From positions 74,487-138,486 of the forward strand of contig CAWJEP010000001.1 in the NCBI GenBank assembly GCA_963841935.1: DNA of 64,000 nt, in the 5' to 3' direction. Below, one piece after another: positions 44,105-52,826 of the stretch. Position numbers and translations under genes: made by a program. How positions within the stretch are numbered: the stretch's first letter is position 1; each line of letters opens with the position of its first letter. Origin of the DNA: an uncultured bacterium. Lineage in GTDB: Bacteria; Patescibacteriota; Minisyncoccia; Phycocordibacterales; UBA6065. The notes below the pieces were generated by a model, which had not been told where the DNA came from, ran no database searches, and worked only from the letters and a program-made list of their open reading frames with translations.

Positions 44105-44758
44105 ATGAAAGCTCACGTTCAAAGGATAAAGAAATCTTACCTTTCTCATTTTGGTAACCGACAGTTTGTCGTTTCCTTTCTCGTGTCTTTAGGGTTTTTG
44201 ATTATTTCGCTCGCAATAAGTTTTTACGCGTCGAATTACGCTCTCGACAAAGCGAGTAATCCGGTCACGGATATAATATTGAGCAACACGCGCGTCTACG
44301 ACGTGGATTGGTCTTTTATATATGGTGTCTTGATTTTTTGGATATTTGTCGTCTTGCTTCTTTTGAACGAACCGAAACGCATCCCTTTCACGCTCAAATC
44401 AATAGCTCTTTTCGTTATCATTCGCTCGGCTTTTATTACTCTCACCCACATAGCCGTGTTTCCGACACACGAGATAATACCGACTACCGGTTTTATGAGC
44501 TATTTTATTACCGCCGACGATTTATTTTTTTCCGGCCACACAGGTTTGCCTTTTCTTCTCGCGCTTATTTTTTGGGATGAAAAAATTCTACGATATTTTT
44601 TCATCACGGCCTCCACTTTTTTCGGAATCGTGGTTCTTCTTGGCCATTATCACTACTCAATAGACGTCGCCGCGGCTTTCTTTATTACTTACACGATTTA
44701 TCACATCTCCAAAATCTTTTTTCGCAAAGATCTGGAAATTTTCAAAAAAGAAACGTAA
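44105..44758 (+). CDS. PAP2_C / sphingomyelin-synthase-like membrane phosphotransferase
   Basis: The start is taken at ATG 44105, because the longer listed ORF overlaps the DedA gene. It is multi-TM, with the conserved motifs FSGHTG and HYHYSIDVAAAFFITYTIYH (SGHT / HYxxDV...YH). Confidence 0.55.
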   Translation: MKAHVQRIKKSYLSHFGNRQFVVSFLVSLGFLIISLAISFYASNYALDKASNPVTDIILSNTRVYDVDWSFIYGVLIFWIFVVLLLLNEPKRIPFTLKSIALFVIIRSAFITLTHIAVFPTHEIIPTTGFMSYFITADDLFFSGHTGLPFLLALIFWDEKILRYFFITASTFFGIVVLLGHYHYSIDVAAAFFITYTIYHISKIFFRKDLEIFKKET

Positions 44759-45451
44759 TCATTTTCCCGACGAAAAAAGTATTCGAAAGAAGTGAAATAT
44801 ATATCTCGCGCCTATTTTTATCGTTCCTTCGGTCTTGAATCTGCGCGCCGACGTCTTAAGTACGAGTGAGCCGTCGAAAATTATTTTTCCTTTGGAGGAT
44901 AGTCGTTTCGGCAAGTCGGTGTCGTCGCCGTAGAAAGTGATTGCCGTGTTGAAGCCTCCGATTGAAGAGAGCGCCGAAGCGCGAATAAATGTGTTTCCGC
45001 CCAAAGTTATGCCGCCTATGCTGAGCATCGAAAGGATTACGTTGACCGGCGAGTAGACGTATTTTTCTAGGCCTAAAGCGAAATATCTGAAACCAGCGGG
45101 ACCGTCGAAATAATCGTAAGGCCCGCTCACGACTACGACTTTTTTGTCCATGAAATGTTTTGCTCCGCGGGAAAGCCAATCAGTTTCCGGCAGGCAGTCG
45201 GCGTCAAGCCTGACTATTATGTCGCCGTGGGCCACTTTACGCCCCGCTTCGCACGCCCACATGGTGCCCTTTCTCTCCTCGCGAACGACTTTTACGCCTT
45301 TTGCCCGCGCTATGTCAGAAGTCTTATCGGTGCTTCCGTTATCGGAAACTATGACTTCGAAATTCGGATAATCTGACGAGAGAATGGCATCGATGGCTTT
45401 TCCGATATTTTTTTCTTCGTTTAGGGCGGGGATGATGACTGATATTTTCAT
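44759..45451 (-). CDS. family 2 glycosyltransferase (small, polyprenyl-phosphate sugar synthase-like)
   Basis: The sequence KISVIIPALNEEKNIGKAIDAIL...EVIVSDNGSTDKT...RLDADC carries the DXD-type motif. It is 230 aa. Confidence 0.8.
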   Translation of the reverse strand: MKISVIIPALNEEKNIGKAIDAILSSDYPNFEVIVSDNGSTDKTSDIARAKGVKVVREERKGTMWACEAGRKVAHGDIIVRLDADCLPETDWLSRGAKHFMDKKVVVVSGPYDYFDGPAGFRYFALGLEKYVYSPVNVILSMLSIGGITLGGNTFIRASALSSIGGFNTAITFYGDDTDLPKRLSSKGKIIFDGSLVLKTSARRFKTEGTIKIGARYIFHFFRILFSSGK

Positions 45452-45454
45452 AAT

Positions 45455-46174
45455 CTATCTTATTGGTTTCCACTCTTTGGATTTGGTCTTTTTGAAAAAC
45501 ATTCTGTACAAAGTGTCCACGAACCATGTCCATAGAAGATGGATCCAACCTATCTGGTTTGCCCGACGATTTGGGTGGAAAACTCGCAGCCGTGGGTCTA
45601 TACGGGTTTTTCCAATCGTCGCCAGTTTACCGAAAAAGTCCATGTCCTCGCCGGCGGCTAGCTCCGGATTAAACCCACCGATTTTTTCAAACGCAGTTTT
45701 TCTTACCATCATAAATTTGCCCCAAGCACTGCCTCGGTCTATGACATTGTTCAGAAACCAGTGTCCGCCGTTTATTATGCCGGACATCATTTTGTCCACC
45801 CAAGTGGCGATTTCCGGCATGACTTCTATTTTGCCGGAAATCGCCACGATTTTTTCGTCCTTAAAATTTTCTAGGGCCTGGTTAAAGAAACTGTCCGGGT
45901 CCGTGATGAAACATCCGGAATCTATAAAGGCAAAAAATTCTCCTTTAGCCTCCGCCGCGCCGCGGTTCCTTGCTCCTCCGCCGTATATTCTTTTTTCTTC
46001 CGAGTAAGTGATTACTTTGTCCGCGCATTTTTTCGCGATTTCCACGGTTTTGTCGGAACTGTTACAGTCGGATACGATAATTTCGTTTTGAATAGTTAGC
46101 CGCGACTTGAGCGCCACGACCGTTTTGCCGATCCATTTTTCTTCGTTCAAAGTCGGTATAATGATGGAAATCAT
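45455..46174 (-). CDS. family 2 glycosyltransferase (second small GT2)
   Basis: The sequence ISIIIPTLNEEKWIGKTVVALK...IVSDCNSSDKT...FIDSGCF matches GT2. The start is taken at MISIIIPT, abutting the upstream DedA gene. Confidence 0.8.
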   Translation of the reverse strand: MISIIIPTLNEEKWIGKTVVALKSRLTIQNEIIVSDCNSSDKTVEIAKKCADKVITYSEEKRIYGGGARNRGAAEAKGEFFAFIDSGCFITDPDSFFNQALENFKDEKIVAISGKIEVMPEIATWVDKMMSGIINGGHWFLNNVIDRGSAWGKFMMVRKTAFEKIGGFNPELAAGEDMDFFGKLATIGKTRIDPRLRVFHPNRRANQIGWIHLLWTWFVDTLYRMFFKKTKSKEWKPIR

Positions 46175-46761
46175 TTTGAGTATTTTTCCACGGTTCGGTC
46201 TCGCAAATATTTCGCGAAACCGACCACGCCCACACATAATACTACGAGCACCGCCGTTACCGCGACCTCTTCAAGAAAGTTGTTGGCCGTGACATAAAAA
46301 TTTCCCAAATAATATCCTATGCCGACGAGTAGCGCGGTCCAGAAAAATTGTCCGACGATGTTTATCGTCATGTATTTTGCGAAAGACACGCGCGACATGC
46401 CGGCGGTAAAGAGGACTAAGGGAGCAAAGCCGAAACCGGTTGTCAGTTTGGAAATGACCAATATTTTCGAGTGATATTTGTCGAACATTTTTTTTACCAC
46501 GGCGACATTTCTGTCGGTGACGGAGACATATTTGCCGTATTTGGATATGAACCTTTCGCCGTATCGGTATCCCAGCCAATAATAGATGACATCGCCTATG
46601 AGGTCTCCGGCCATCAGGGCGAAATAAGTCGGGATGAAATCAAGCGGCCCAAATCGCACCACGAATCCGGCAACGAGGGCGACGAGAGGGCCTTGGACGA
46701 CGGCCAAGGGCGTAATGATGGCGTATCGGTATATGGATAGAAGGGAAATAATCGCTGACAT
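46171..46761 (-). CDS. DedA-family membrane protein (paralog 3)
   Basis: It shows the DedA pattern: MAGDLIGDVIYYWLGYRYG ... ISKLTTGFGFAPLVLFTAGMSRVSF. Confidence 0.75.
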   Translation of the reverse strand: MSAIISLLSIYRYAIITPLAVVQGPLVALVAGFVVRFGPLDFIPTYFALMAGDLIGDVIYYWLGYRYGERFISKYGKYVSVTDRNVAVVKKMFDKYHSKILVISKLTTGFGFAPLVLFTAGMSRVSFAKYMTINIVGQFFWTALLVGIGYYLGNFYVTANNFLEEVAVTAVLVVLCVGVVGFAKYLRDRTVEKYSK

Positions 46762-46829
46762 TCCTGAAATAGTAGCATTTTTTTGGGTCGTGTGGACTCG
46801 TCGAGGATTTCTTGGTTATAATCAAGAAG

Positions 46830-47819
46830 ATGAAAAAGACGCTAGTTTTTCTCTTAATTTTTCTCGGAATTTTTTCAGTTTTTTCAATCGCCGGCGCGCA
46901 CGAAGTCTATGTTCTGTCGCCGGCCGAGATCACTCAAGCCATCGGCACGCCGCCTTTCAATATGATCGCGGTCGTCGCTCAAAACCTCGGCGAGTTTACT
47001 TTTTGGGCCTTTATTTCCGTACTTGTCGTTTTCATAGTTTTTTTCTCGTCGATTTCCAGGTGGCTGGAAAAAAAGTTTGACCCGTTTTTCGTCAAAATAA
47101 AAAAATACGCTCCGGCTATAGCGCGCGTTACCGTTGGTGTCTCGTTTCTCGCCGCGGCGTATTATCAGGCAAGTTATGGTCCGGAACTTCCTCTCGCGCC
47201 GGCCTACGGAATATTTACTCCAGCCGTGACGGTCGTTCTTGTGGTAATCGGGCTTCTGATTATTTTCAATTTATGGACGAGGTGGGCGGCCCTCATCGCG
47301 TTTTGTCTTTTTTGTTACGCCGTTTATAGAAACGGCTGGTATATGTTCACTTACACCAACTATCTAGGAGAAATAATAGTGCTTCTTTTGAGTATAGAGG
47401 TAATGAAGGTCGGCAAAAAACTTTCAAAATACGGATTTCTCACTATTCGAGTATGTTTCGGTATATCGCTTATTTTTGCTTCCGCCTACGCCAAGGTCAT
47501 TTATAACAATCTGGGACTTTTCACGGTCGAAAAATATCATCTGGACAAAATTTTGGGTTTTGAACCCCATTTTCTGGTCCTCGGAGCGGCGATAATAGAA
47601 ATTTTAATCGGCACGTTTATCATTCTCGGTATCGAAATCCGCTTTACGTCGGTTTTCTTTCTCTTTTGGCTTACACTCTCGCTTTTATTTTTCGGCGAGG
47701 TCGTCTGGCCGCACATCATTCTCATCGGCATTCCCATCGCCTTGATTTGTTACGGCTACGACAAATATTCCATTGAAGGATATTTTTTTAAACGTGACGG
47801 CAGGGAACCGGTTCTCTGA
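46830..47819 (+). CDS. polytopic membrane protein of unknown function (about 8 TM)
   Basis: It has a signal-like N-terminus and is hydrophobic throughout. Confidence 0.5.
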   Translation: MKKTLVFLLIFLGIFSVFSIAGAHEVYVLSPAEITQAIGTPPFNMIAVVAQNLGEFTFWAFISVLVVFIVFFSSISRWLEKKFDPFFVKIKKYAPAIARVTVGVSFLAAAYYQASYGPELPLAPAYGIFTPAVTVVLVVIGLLIIFNLWTRWAALIAFCLFCYAVYRNGWYMFTYTNYLGEIIVLLLSIEVMKVGKKLSKYGFLTIRVCFGISLIFASAYAKVIYNNLGLFTVEKYHLDKILGFEPHFLVLGAAIIEILIGTFIILGIEIRFTSVFFLFWLTLSLLFFGEVVWPHIILIGIPIALICYGYDKYSIEGYFFKRDGREPVL

Positions 47820-47853
47820 TGCGAGTTTTTCTTTTTTGGGGTAGCATAGCCGC

Positions 47854-48657
47854 ATGCTTATTCTTGACGGAAAAAAGGCCAGAGACTTCTACGCGCAGAT
47901 GTTGGCGGCGAAAATCCGAAACCTCGGATTTTCGCCGCGCCTCGCTATTATCCAAGTCGGTGACAACCTTTCTTCCACTTCTTACATAAACCAAAAGAAA
48001 AAATTTGGAGAAAAAATCGGCGCCGAGGTCGTTTGTGTGAAATTTCCTACGAGTATTTCTTTCGAAGAACTGAAAAAAGAAATTTCCACATTAAACGAAG
48101 AAAAAAATATTCACGGCATAATCGTTCAGCTTCCTTTGCCGGAACATATAGATAAAATTTCGCTTATAAATCTGATTTCTCCGAAAAAGGACGTTGACGG
48201 ACTCACTTCACAAAGTCCTTTCACTCCAGCAACCGCTCGCGGCATCAAATCGCTTTTGGATTTCTATAAAATAGAAGTTAAGGACAAGGAAATCGCGGTT
48301 CTTGGCCGCTCGATGCTCGTCGGCGCGCCGACGGCAAAGCTTCTGGAATCGTTCGGCGCCTATGTAGCCGTTTGTCACTCAAAAACAGAAAATACCAGAG
48401 AGATAACGAGAAACTCCGACATCATTATCGTTGCGGTAGGCAAGGCTCGGCTCGTTGATGAAACATACATAGGAAAAAATAAACCTGTCATAGTAGATGT
48501 CGGTTTAAGTTCTCATGACGGTAAACTTAAGGGCGACGTGAATTTCGACAGAGTCGGAGGCATTGTTTCGGCTATCACGCCGGTGCCGGGCGGGGTAGGC
48601 CCCATGACAGTACTTTCTCTTTTTGAAAATCTTGTTTTGGCCGCGGAGAAAGAGTAA
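47854..48657 (+). CDS. folD: bifunctional methylenetetrahydrofolate dehydrogenase/cyclohydrolase FolD
   Basis: The motifs are MLILDGKKARDFY, HGIIVQLPLP, VLGRSMLVGAPTA and GGVGPMTV. Confidence 0.9.
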   Translation: MLILDGKKARDFYAQMLAAKIRNLGFSPRLAIIQVGDNLSSTSYINQKKKFGEKIGAEVVCVKFPTSISFEELKKEISTLNEEKNIHGIIVQLPLPEHIDKISLINLISPKKDVDGLTSQSPFTPATARGIKSLLDFYKIEVKDKEIAVLGRSMLVGAPTAKLLESFGAYVAVCHSKTENTREITRNSDIIIVAVGKARLVDETYIGKNKPVIVDVGLSSHDGKLKGDVNFDRVGGIVSAITPVPGGVGPMTVLSLFENLVLAAEKE

Positions 48658-48690
48658 AATTAAGTTTCGATTAATTCTAATAAAAACAAT

Positions 48691-49551
48691 ATGAACGAAG
48701 ATAAAAAATGCGACTGCAAAAAGCCCTGGCACAGAAACCGCTGGATAATCAAGATTCTGGGAATTTTTCTTATCATTTGGGTCTGGGTAAATATAGTAAA
48801 TACCATTGAAGCCTCGCATTATATCGGCGAGACGAACGGGCCGGCGACCATCACTGTTTCCGGTACTGGCGATGTTGTTGCCACACCGAATATTGCCACT
48901 TTCGATTTCACGGTAACGAATACCGCCGCCGCGGTCGTCGACGCTCAAACCCAGACGACGAACAAAATGAATTCCATCATAGATTTTCTGAAGAAAAACA
49001 ACATTGCCGCCGCTGATATTCAGACCACGGATTACAGCATTTATCCGCAGTATGAATATCAGAATTTCGCCTGCCCAGTCTACAATTCGGCAAATTCTGA
49101 GGGAAGTGTTTCAAACGGCGCAATGGTTCCGACTACGGCGATGCCCGTTTGTCCTCCAAGTCAAAATATTTTGACTGGATACAATGTCAGCGAATCAATT
49201 ACCGTAAAAATCCGCGACCTTTCGACCGCCGGTACGATTCTTTCCGGAGTAGGGGAGTTTGGGGTGACGAATGTCAGCCAGCTTTCTTTTACCGAAGACA
49301 ATTACAACGACTTGGTAAAGCAGGCCGAGGCCTCGGCGATAAATGACGCCAAAGCGAGCGCGGAAACTCTGGCGAAAAATCTCGGGGTGAAAATCGTCAG
49401 GCTTCAAAGCTATTCAAACCAATCGCAAGGACCGATTATGTATGCCGTTCCGATGGCGGCAAACGCCGAATCTAAATCCGCGGCGCCGGAAATTTCCGCG
49501 GGACAAAATAAAATTACGGCAAACGTAACGCTAGTTTACGAGATAGAATAA
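48691..49551 (+). CDS. SIMPL/DUF541-domain exported protein
   Basis: The N-terminal TM is followed by the SIMPL pattern (ITVSGTGDVVATPNIATFDFTVT...IQTTDYSIYPQYEY...). Confidence 0.65.
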   Translation: MNEDKKCDCKKPWHRNRWIIKILGIFLIIWVWVNIVNTIEASHYIGETNGPATITVSGTGDVVATPNIATFDFTVTNTAAAVVDAQTQTTNKMNSIIDFLKKNNIAAADIQTTDYSIYPQYEYQNFACPVYNSANSEGSVSNGAMVPTTAMPVCPPSQNILTGYNVSESITVKIRDLSTAGTILSGVGEFGVTNVSQLSFTEDNYNDLVKQAEASAINDAKASAETLAKNLGVKIVRLQSYSNQSQGPIMYAVPMAANAESKSAAPEISAGQNKITANVTLVYEIE

Positions 49552-49579
49552 GTAGTTGACAGGAAATTGAAAGTGTGAT

Positions 49580-49750
49580 ATGCTATCAGGTATGAAATCA
49601 ATTAAGGGTCTTGCTGGGTGCAGGAACTTGGTTGAGATTGGCCGAATACCGAGACGTGTTTGGTGGACAAAGAAAAAGGCGGAAATTCTTACGGGCCTTA
49701 TTGTCCTAATCGGAATTCTGGCAATCGCGCTCTTCGCACCGGGGCGATAG
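49580..49750 (+). CDS. candidate SecE-like small membrane protein (56 aa; not in the ORF track)
   Basis: The hand translation is MLSGMKSIKGLAGCRNLVEIGRIPRRVWWTKKKAEILTGLIVLIGILAIALFAPGR. It has a single C-terminal TM preceded by a basic RVWWTKKKAE segment, resembling minimal bacterial SecE. It is followed by a terminator. Confidence 0.3.
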   Translation: MLSGMKSIKGLAGCRNLVEIGRIPRRVWWTKKKAEILTGLIVLIGILAIALFAPGR

Positions 49751-49761
49751 GTTTTAAATTC

Positions 49762-49797
49762 GGGGGCGCAGTCACGGGACTGCGCCCCCTTTTCGTT
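49762..49797 (+). terminator. rho-independent terminator (GGGGGCGCAGTC-ACGG-GACTGCGCCCCC + TTTT)
   Basis: It is a 12-bp perfect GC-rich stem followed by a T-run, after the SIMPL/SecE-like genes. Confidence 0.7.
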
Positions 49798-49830
49798 TCA
49801 GCTGTTTCTTGTTATATTCCACAGACGATT

Positions 49831-49903
49831 GCGCGCATAGCTCAGTTGGTAGAGCACATCACTGATACTGATGGGGTCCTAGGTTCGAATCCTAGTGCGC
49901 GCA
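49831..49903 (+). tRNA. tRNA-Ile (anticodon GAU)
   Basis: Acceptor GCGCGCA/TGCGCGC, D-arm GCTC-AGTTGGTA-GAGC, anticodon stem CATCA/TGATG with loop CTGATAC, T-arm CTAGG-TTCGAAT-CCTAG, discriminator A. Confidence 0.85.
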
Positions 49904-49937
49904 CATTTTGGCCATAAATATAGCCACAGCTTGGCTA

Positions 49938-49966
49938 TTGACTTATTTTTGTATATGTGATAATAT
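49938..49966 (+). promoter_or_regulatory. near-consensus sigma70 promoter: TTGACT (-35, 49938-49943), 17-nt spacer, TAATAT (-10, 49961-49966)
   Basis: It was seen directly in the AT-rich 120-bp spacer between tRNA-Ile and the GC-rich gene. An inverted repeat TAGCCA-cagc-TTGGCTA lies just upstream at 49921-49937. Confidence 0.55.
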
Positions 49967-50039
49967 TAATAGGTAAGGCAAAGCGCTTTACATGCTCTCT
50001 GTCAGTTAAAAATCAACCAAATCCACAGAAAGGTAAATC

Positions 50040-50888
50040 ATGAAAACCGCCAACGGCAACGTTGTCAGTGTTAAGTTGTTCAAGAACAGCGACCTAGAAA
50101 TCACCCCAAGCGTACACGGACACATCGGCAGTTTCAATTCCGGCGATGTTATCGAAATGCGCATCTCGATCGCCGAGCCCACGGTGGGCAAGGCGATGTT
50201 TATCACGACCAATCGCGACCGTGACGACGCCCAGCTTCTTCATGGACTCGCCAGCGGATACTTCAGGCACACGGTTCCGGTAATTCCGGCGCCGCAGGGC
50301 ACGAAGTTCGACAGGGATGACGCGAACAAGAATTGCGTCCACCTCGTCGAGATGAGTCCGACCGGACTCGTTTCCGTCACGAACATCGTGATCAGCGCTC
50401 AGGACGGGGAGTTCTTCCTCGTCTTTCACCCGACATACGTCGTTCAGGCGTACAAGGGCGAACAGGGTGTCGCCGTTCCGTCGCTATGGATCGAGCCCGG
50501 TTTTCCGGCGCTCGTCCCGTTCGTCGAGTACGGCTACATTAGGACAATCAACTCGCTTCCGCCCATCTCCTCCTACAATGGGGACGAGGGCGCGAAGCCG
50601 GAAATCCTCGAGGCTGTAGCAGCCCTCTCGGACGAAAACCATCTGGTGGTCAAGTTCTGGTCGGTTCGCACCGGCACCGGTGGCGCGCTTCGCAAGCTTG
50701 CCAATGGGGAAACGGAGATGGTCAAACTCTACTGGAAGAATCTCAATGTCGCCGACAGGTGCCCCAGGCACCTTCTCGAAGGCGAGACGATCCATGCCAA
50801 GGGATTCCGTTCGACCCGTTCGGGCCGGATGTCTACCGAGGCAATCGGGATTACCCGAGTCGAGTTTAACGCCGCGGTTTCATCGTAA
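50040..50888 (+). CDS. hypothetical protein (282 aa), strongly GC-rich with foreign codon usage
   Basis: It has a continuous ORF with a good RBS (GAAAGGTAAATCATG), a consensus promoter and a strong terminator. The GC content and the G/C-ending codons contrast visibly with all neighbours. No family was recognised. Confidence 0.6.
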   Translation: MKTANGNVVSVKLFKNSDLEITPSVHGHIGSFNSGDVIEMRISIAEPTVGKAMFITTNRDRDDAQLLHGLASGYFRHTVPVIPAPQGTKFDRDDANKNCVHLVEMSPTGLVSVTNIVISAQDGEFFLVFHPTYVVQAYKGEQGVAVPSLWIEPGFPALVPFVEYGYIRTINSLPPISSYNGDEGAKPEILEAVAALSDENHLVVKFWSVRTGTGGALRKLANGETEMVKLYWKNLNVADRCPRHLLEGETIHAKGFRSTRSGRMSTEAIGITRVEFNAAVSS

Positions 50889-50899
50889 ACCGCGTTTCA

Positions 50900-50944
50900 A
50901 AGACCTCTAGCACAAGCGCAAGCTCGTGCTAGAGGTCTTTTTGT
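50900..50944 (+). terminator. rho-independent terminator (AAGACCTCTAGCAC-N12-GTGCTAGAGGTCTT + TTTT)
   Basis: It is a 13-14-bp perfect stem with a T-run, immediately after the stop of 50040..50888. Confidence 0.75.
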
Positions 50945-50959
50945 TTGTATAATTGTCAT

Positions 50960-51916
50960 ATGAAGTCAGTGGAATCGATATACATACCTTCTCGCCCTCA
51001 ACCAGACACCATCGTCGCGATTTTTTTGCTGAAAACTTTCGGCAGAGAATTATTTCCCGGAGTTGAAAAAGCCAAGGCGGAGGTTTTGTCGGACATTTCG
51101 AAAACCGCGCCGGAAGGCGGCATCGCCCTCGATGTCGGCGGCGGAGAGTTTGACCATCACAAAAAAATTCCGGCGGTAACATGCTCTGAACTTGTCGCCG
51201 CCAAGCTCGGCGTAGCGGAAAATCCGGCTATAGCAAAACTCCTCGAATACTCTCGCAGAGACGATATGGCGGGTAAGGGCACGATCTCGAGCGACCCACT
51301 GGACAAAGCATTTGGTCTTTCCGGTCTGGTCGCGGCCCTCAACAAAACCCGACCAAACGACGCCGCCGGAATCGTCAGAGACGTTTTGCCGCTTATCGAA
51401 GGACATTATCTTGAAGAGATTCAGCGCACGATCGAGTTGCCCAAAGAATTTGAAAAGAAAAAATCTGAAGGCAAAGTCGATATTTTTGAAGTTAGACAAA
51501 GAGACAAAAAATTAAGCGTCATTATTTTGGAGTCGGACAACACGAGTATGCCGGGGTTTTTGCGCTCGCAAATCGGCGGCAGATTCGATGTGGTCGTCCA
51601 AAGAATGAGCTCCGGTCATATGAACATTCTCACCCGACCGACGAAAAGAGTTGATTTAAGATCACTCGCTTTAGTTATTAGACTTGAGGAGGCTAACCAA
51701 GCTGGCTTACAAATGAAAGACGATTCAAGATATCTGTCGCAACCAGGAAAAATTAGCGAAGTTTCAAATTGGTATTACGACACCGCGACGAATTCAATAC
51801 AAAACGGCGGTGCGAATCCCAAAGATACTGCGCCGACCAGAATAGATGCTTTTGCGATGAGAAAACTTGTTGAAGTAGGTCTTGAAGAGAAAATTTGGAG
51901 TCCGATACCGAGATAG
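50960..51916 (+). CDS. MYG1/UPF0160-family metal-dependent hydrolase
   Basis: The signature is IALDVGGGEFDHHKK, corresponding to the VVDVGG-x-YD...YDHHQ motif of the MYG1 family. The start is taken at MKSVES; the listed ORF begins at 50945. Confidence 0.65.
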   Translation: MKSVESIYIPSRPQPDTIVAIFLLKTFGRELFPGVEKAKAEVLSDISKTAPEGGIALDVGGGEFDHHKKIPAVTCSELVAAKLGVAENPAIAKLLEYSRRDDMAGKGTISSDPLDKAFGLSGLVAALNKTRPNDAAGIVRDVLPLIEGHYLEEIQRTIELPKEFEKKKSEGKVDIFEVRQRDKKLSVIILESDNTSMPGFLRSQIGGRFDVVVQRMSSGHMNILTRPTKRVDLRSLALVIRLEEANQAGLQMKDDSRYLSQPGKISEVSNWYYDTATNSIQNGGANPKDTAPTRIDAFAMRKLVEVGLEEKIWSPIPR

Positions 51917-51918
51917 AT

Positions 51919-52785
51919 TTATTTTCCGCCGATTATGCAGACGATCGAGCCGGAGAATTTCCGGCCGGCGGAGATGGCGCGGCAAAGTCCGGCAAAGGAG
52001 AGCGCTCCGTTTGGCGTCGTAGGGACGCCAAACGGGGCAAGTTTTTCTTGCGCCGATTTTATTTCCTCGTTTGAAACAATCCAGCCGAAGCCATTTGTTT
52101 GAGATACGAGAGCCATAACTTTTTCTCTTCTATGGGCGACTTTGTCCGTTATCGCGCTCGCGACGGAAGTTTCTCTCAAGTCTTTTCTCTCGTCGAAAAT
52201 CGCGGCCATTGGATGACAAGAGCTTGTTTGGACGATGTGGATTTCCGGCGAATTTTTTCTCGCGAGGAAAAATTCGCCCAAAGCCTCGGCCGTCGTGCCG
52301 GAAGAGGTCGCTATAAATACCGCCAACAGGTTCGGGATTTCCGAGATTTCTTTGGCCAAAGATTCGTAGCCGATGAGGGCCGTGTCGTCAGTTGATTGGC
52401 GCAAACTTCGCGCGCCAAGATGAATTGTTTCGAGCAGTGCTTTCAGAGGTTTTTCTTTCTCCGAAATTTTTATGTTTTCGTCGGCCAAAGAAAAAAGAGT
52501 AGATTTTTTATCCAGGGATATATTTTGTCCGACGAAAATTTCAAGAGAAAGTCCGGCACCACCAGCGTTTTTTTCTTTTATGTGGCGCGCCGCGGCGAGA
52601 GCGGCGTTGCCGGAGCTTGATATGGAAAACTTCTTTTCACCGCGGCGCGCGTACTCGTCGATCATTACGGGGATCGAACGGCCTTTATGCGAGCCAAGGG
52701 GGTGCAAGTCTTCGCGCTTCAGAAAAAGTCTAGGTATATTAAGTTCTTTGGCGAGCGCTGGATATTCTTCCTGTGGAGTAACCAT
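51919..52785 (-). CDS. PLP-dependent enzyme of the tryptophan-synthase-beta/threonine-synthase fold (fold type II)
   Basis: The PLP-lysine motif is LHPLGSHKGRSIPV. There is a glycine-rich loop and a C-terminal region. The start is ambiguous (52785 or 52824); either choice overlaps the divergent gene. Confidence 0.65.
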   Translation of the reverse strand: MVTPQEEYPALAKELNIPRLFLKREDLHPLGSHKGRSIPVMIDEYARRGEKKFSISSSGNAALAAARHIKEKNAGGAGLSLEIFVGQNISLDKKSTLFSLADENIKISEKEKPLKALLETIHLGARSLRQSTDDTALIGYESLAKEISEIPNLLAVFIATSSGTTAEALGEFFLARKNSPEIHIVQTSSCHPMAAIFDERKDLRETSVASAITDKVAHRREKVMALVSQTNGFGWIVSNEEIKSAQEKLAPFGVPTTPNGALSFAGLCRAISAGRKFSGSIVCIIGGK

Positions 52786-52826
52786 TCTTGTATAGTATCT
52801 TTTTTCACGTATCATATAAAGCACTT

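Larger units (their letters stand above)
49904..50945. mobile_element. putative horizontally acquired single-gene islet inserted next to tRNA-Ile(GAU)
   Basis: It begins at the tRNA 3' end and holds a self-contained promoter-gene-terminator unit. The base composition is distinct. No integrase or direct repeats were identified. Confidence 0.3.

Noticed and set aside
49660-49917. 85-aa ORF spanning the SIMPL downstream region.
   Set aside because: It reads straight through a 12-bp-stem terminator and the tRNA-Ile gene. The shorter SecE-like ORF in another frame is more plausible.
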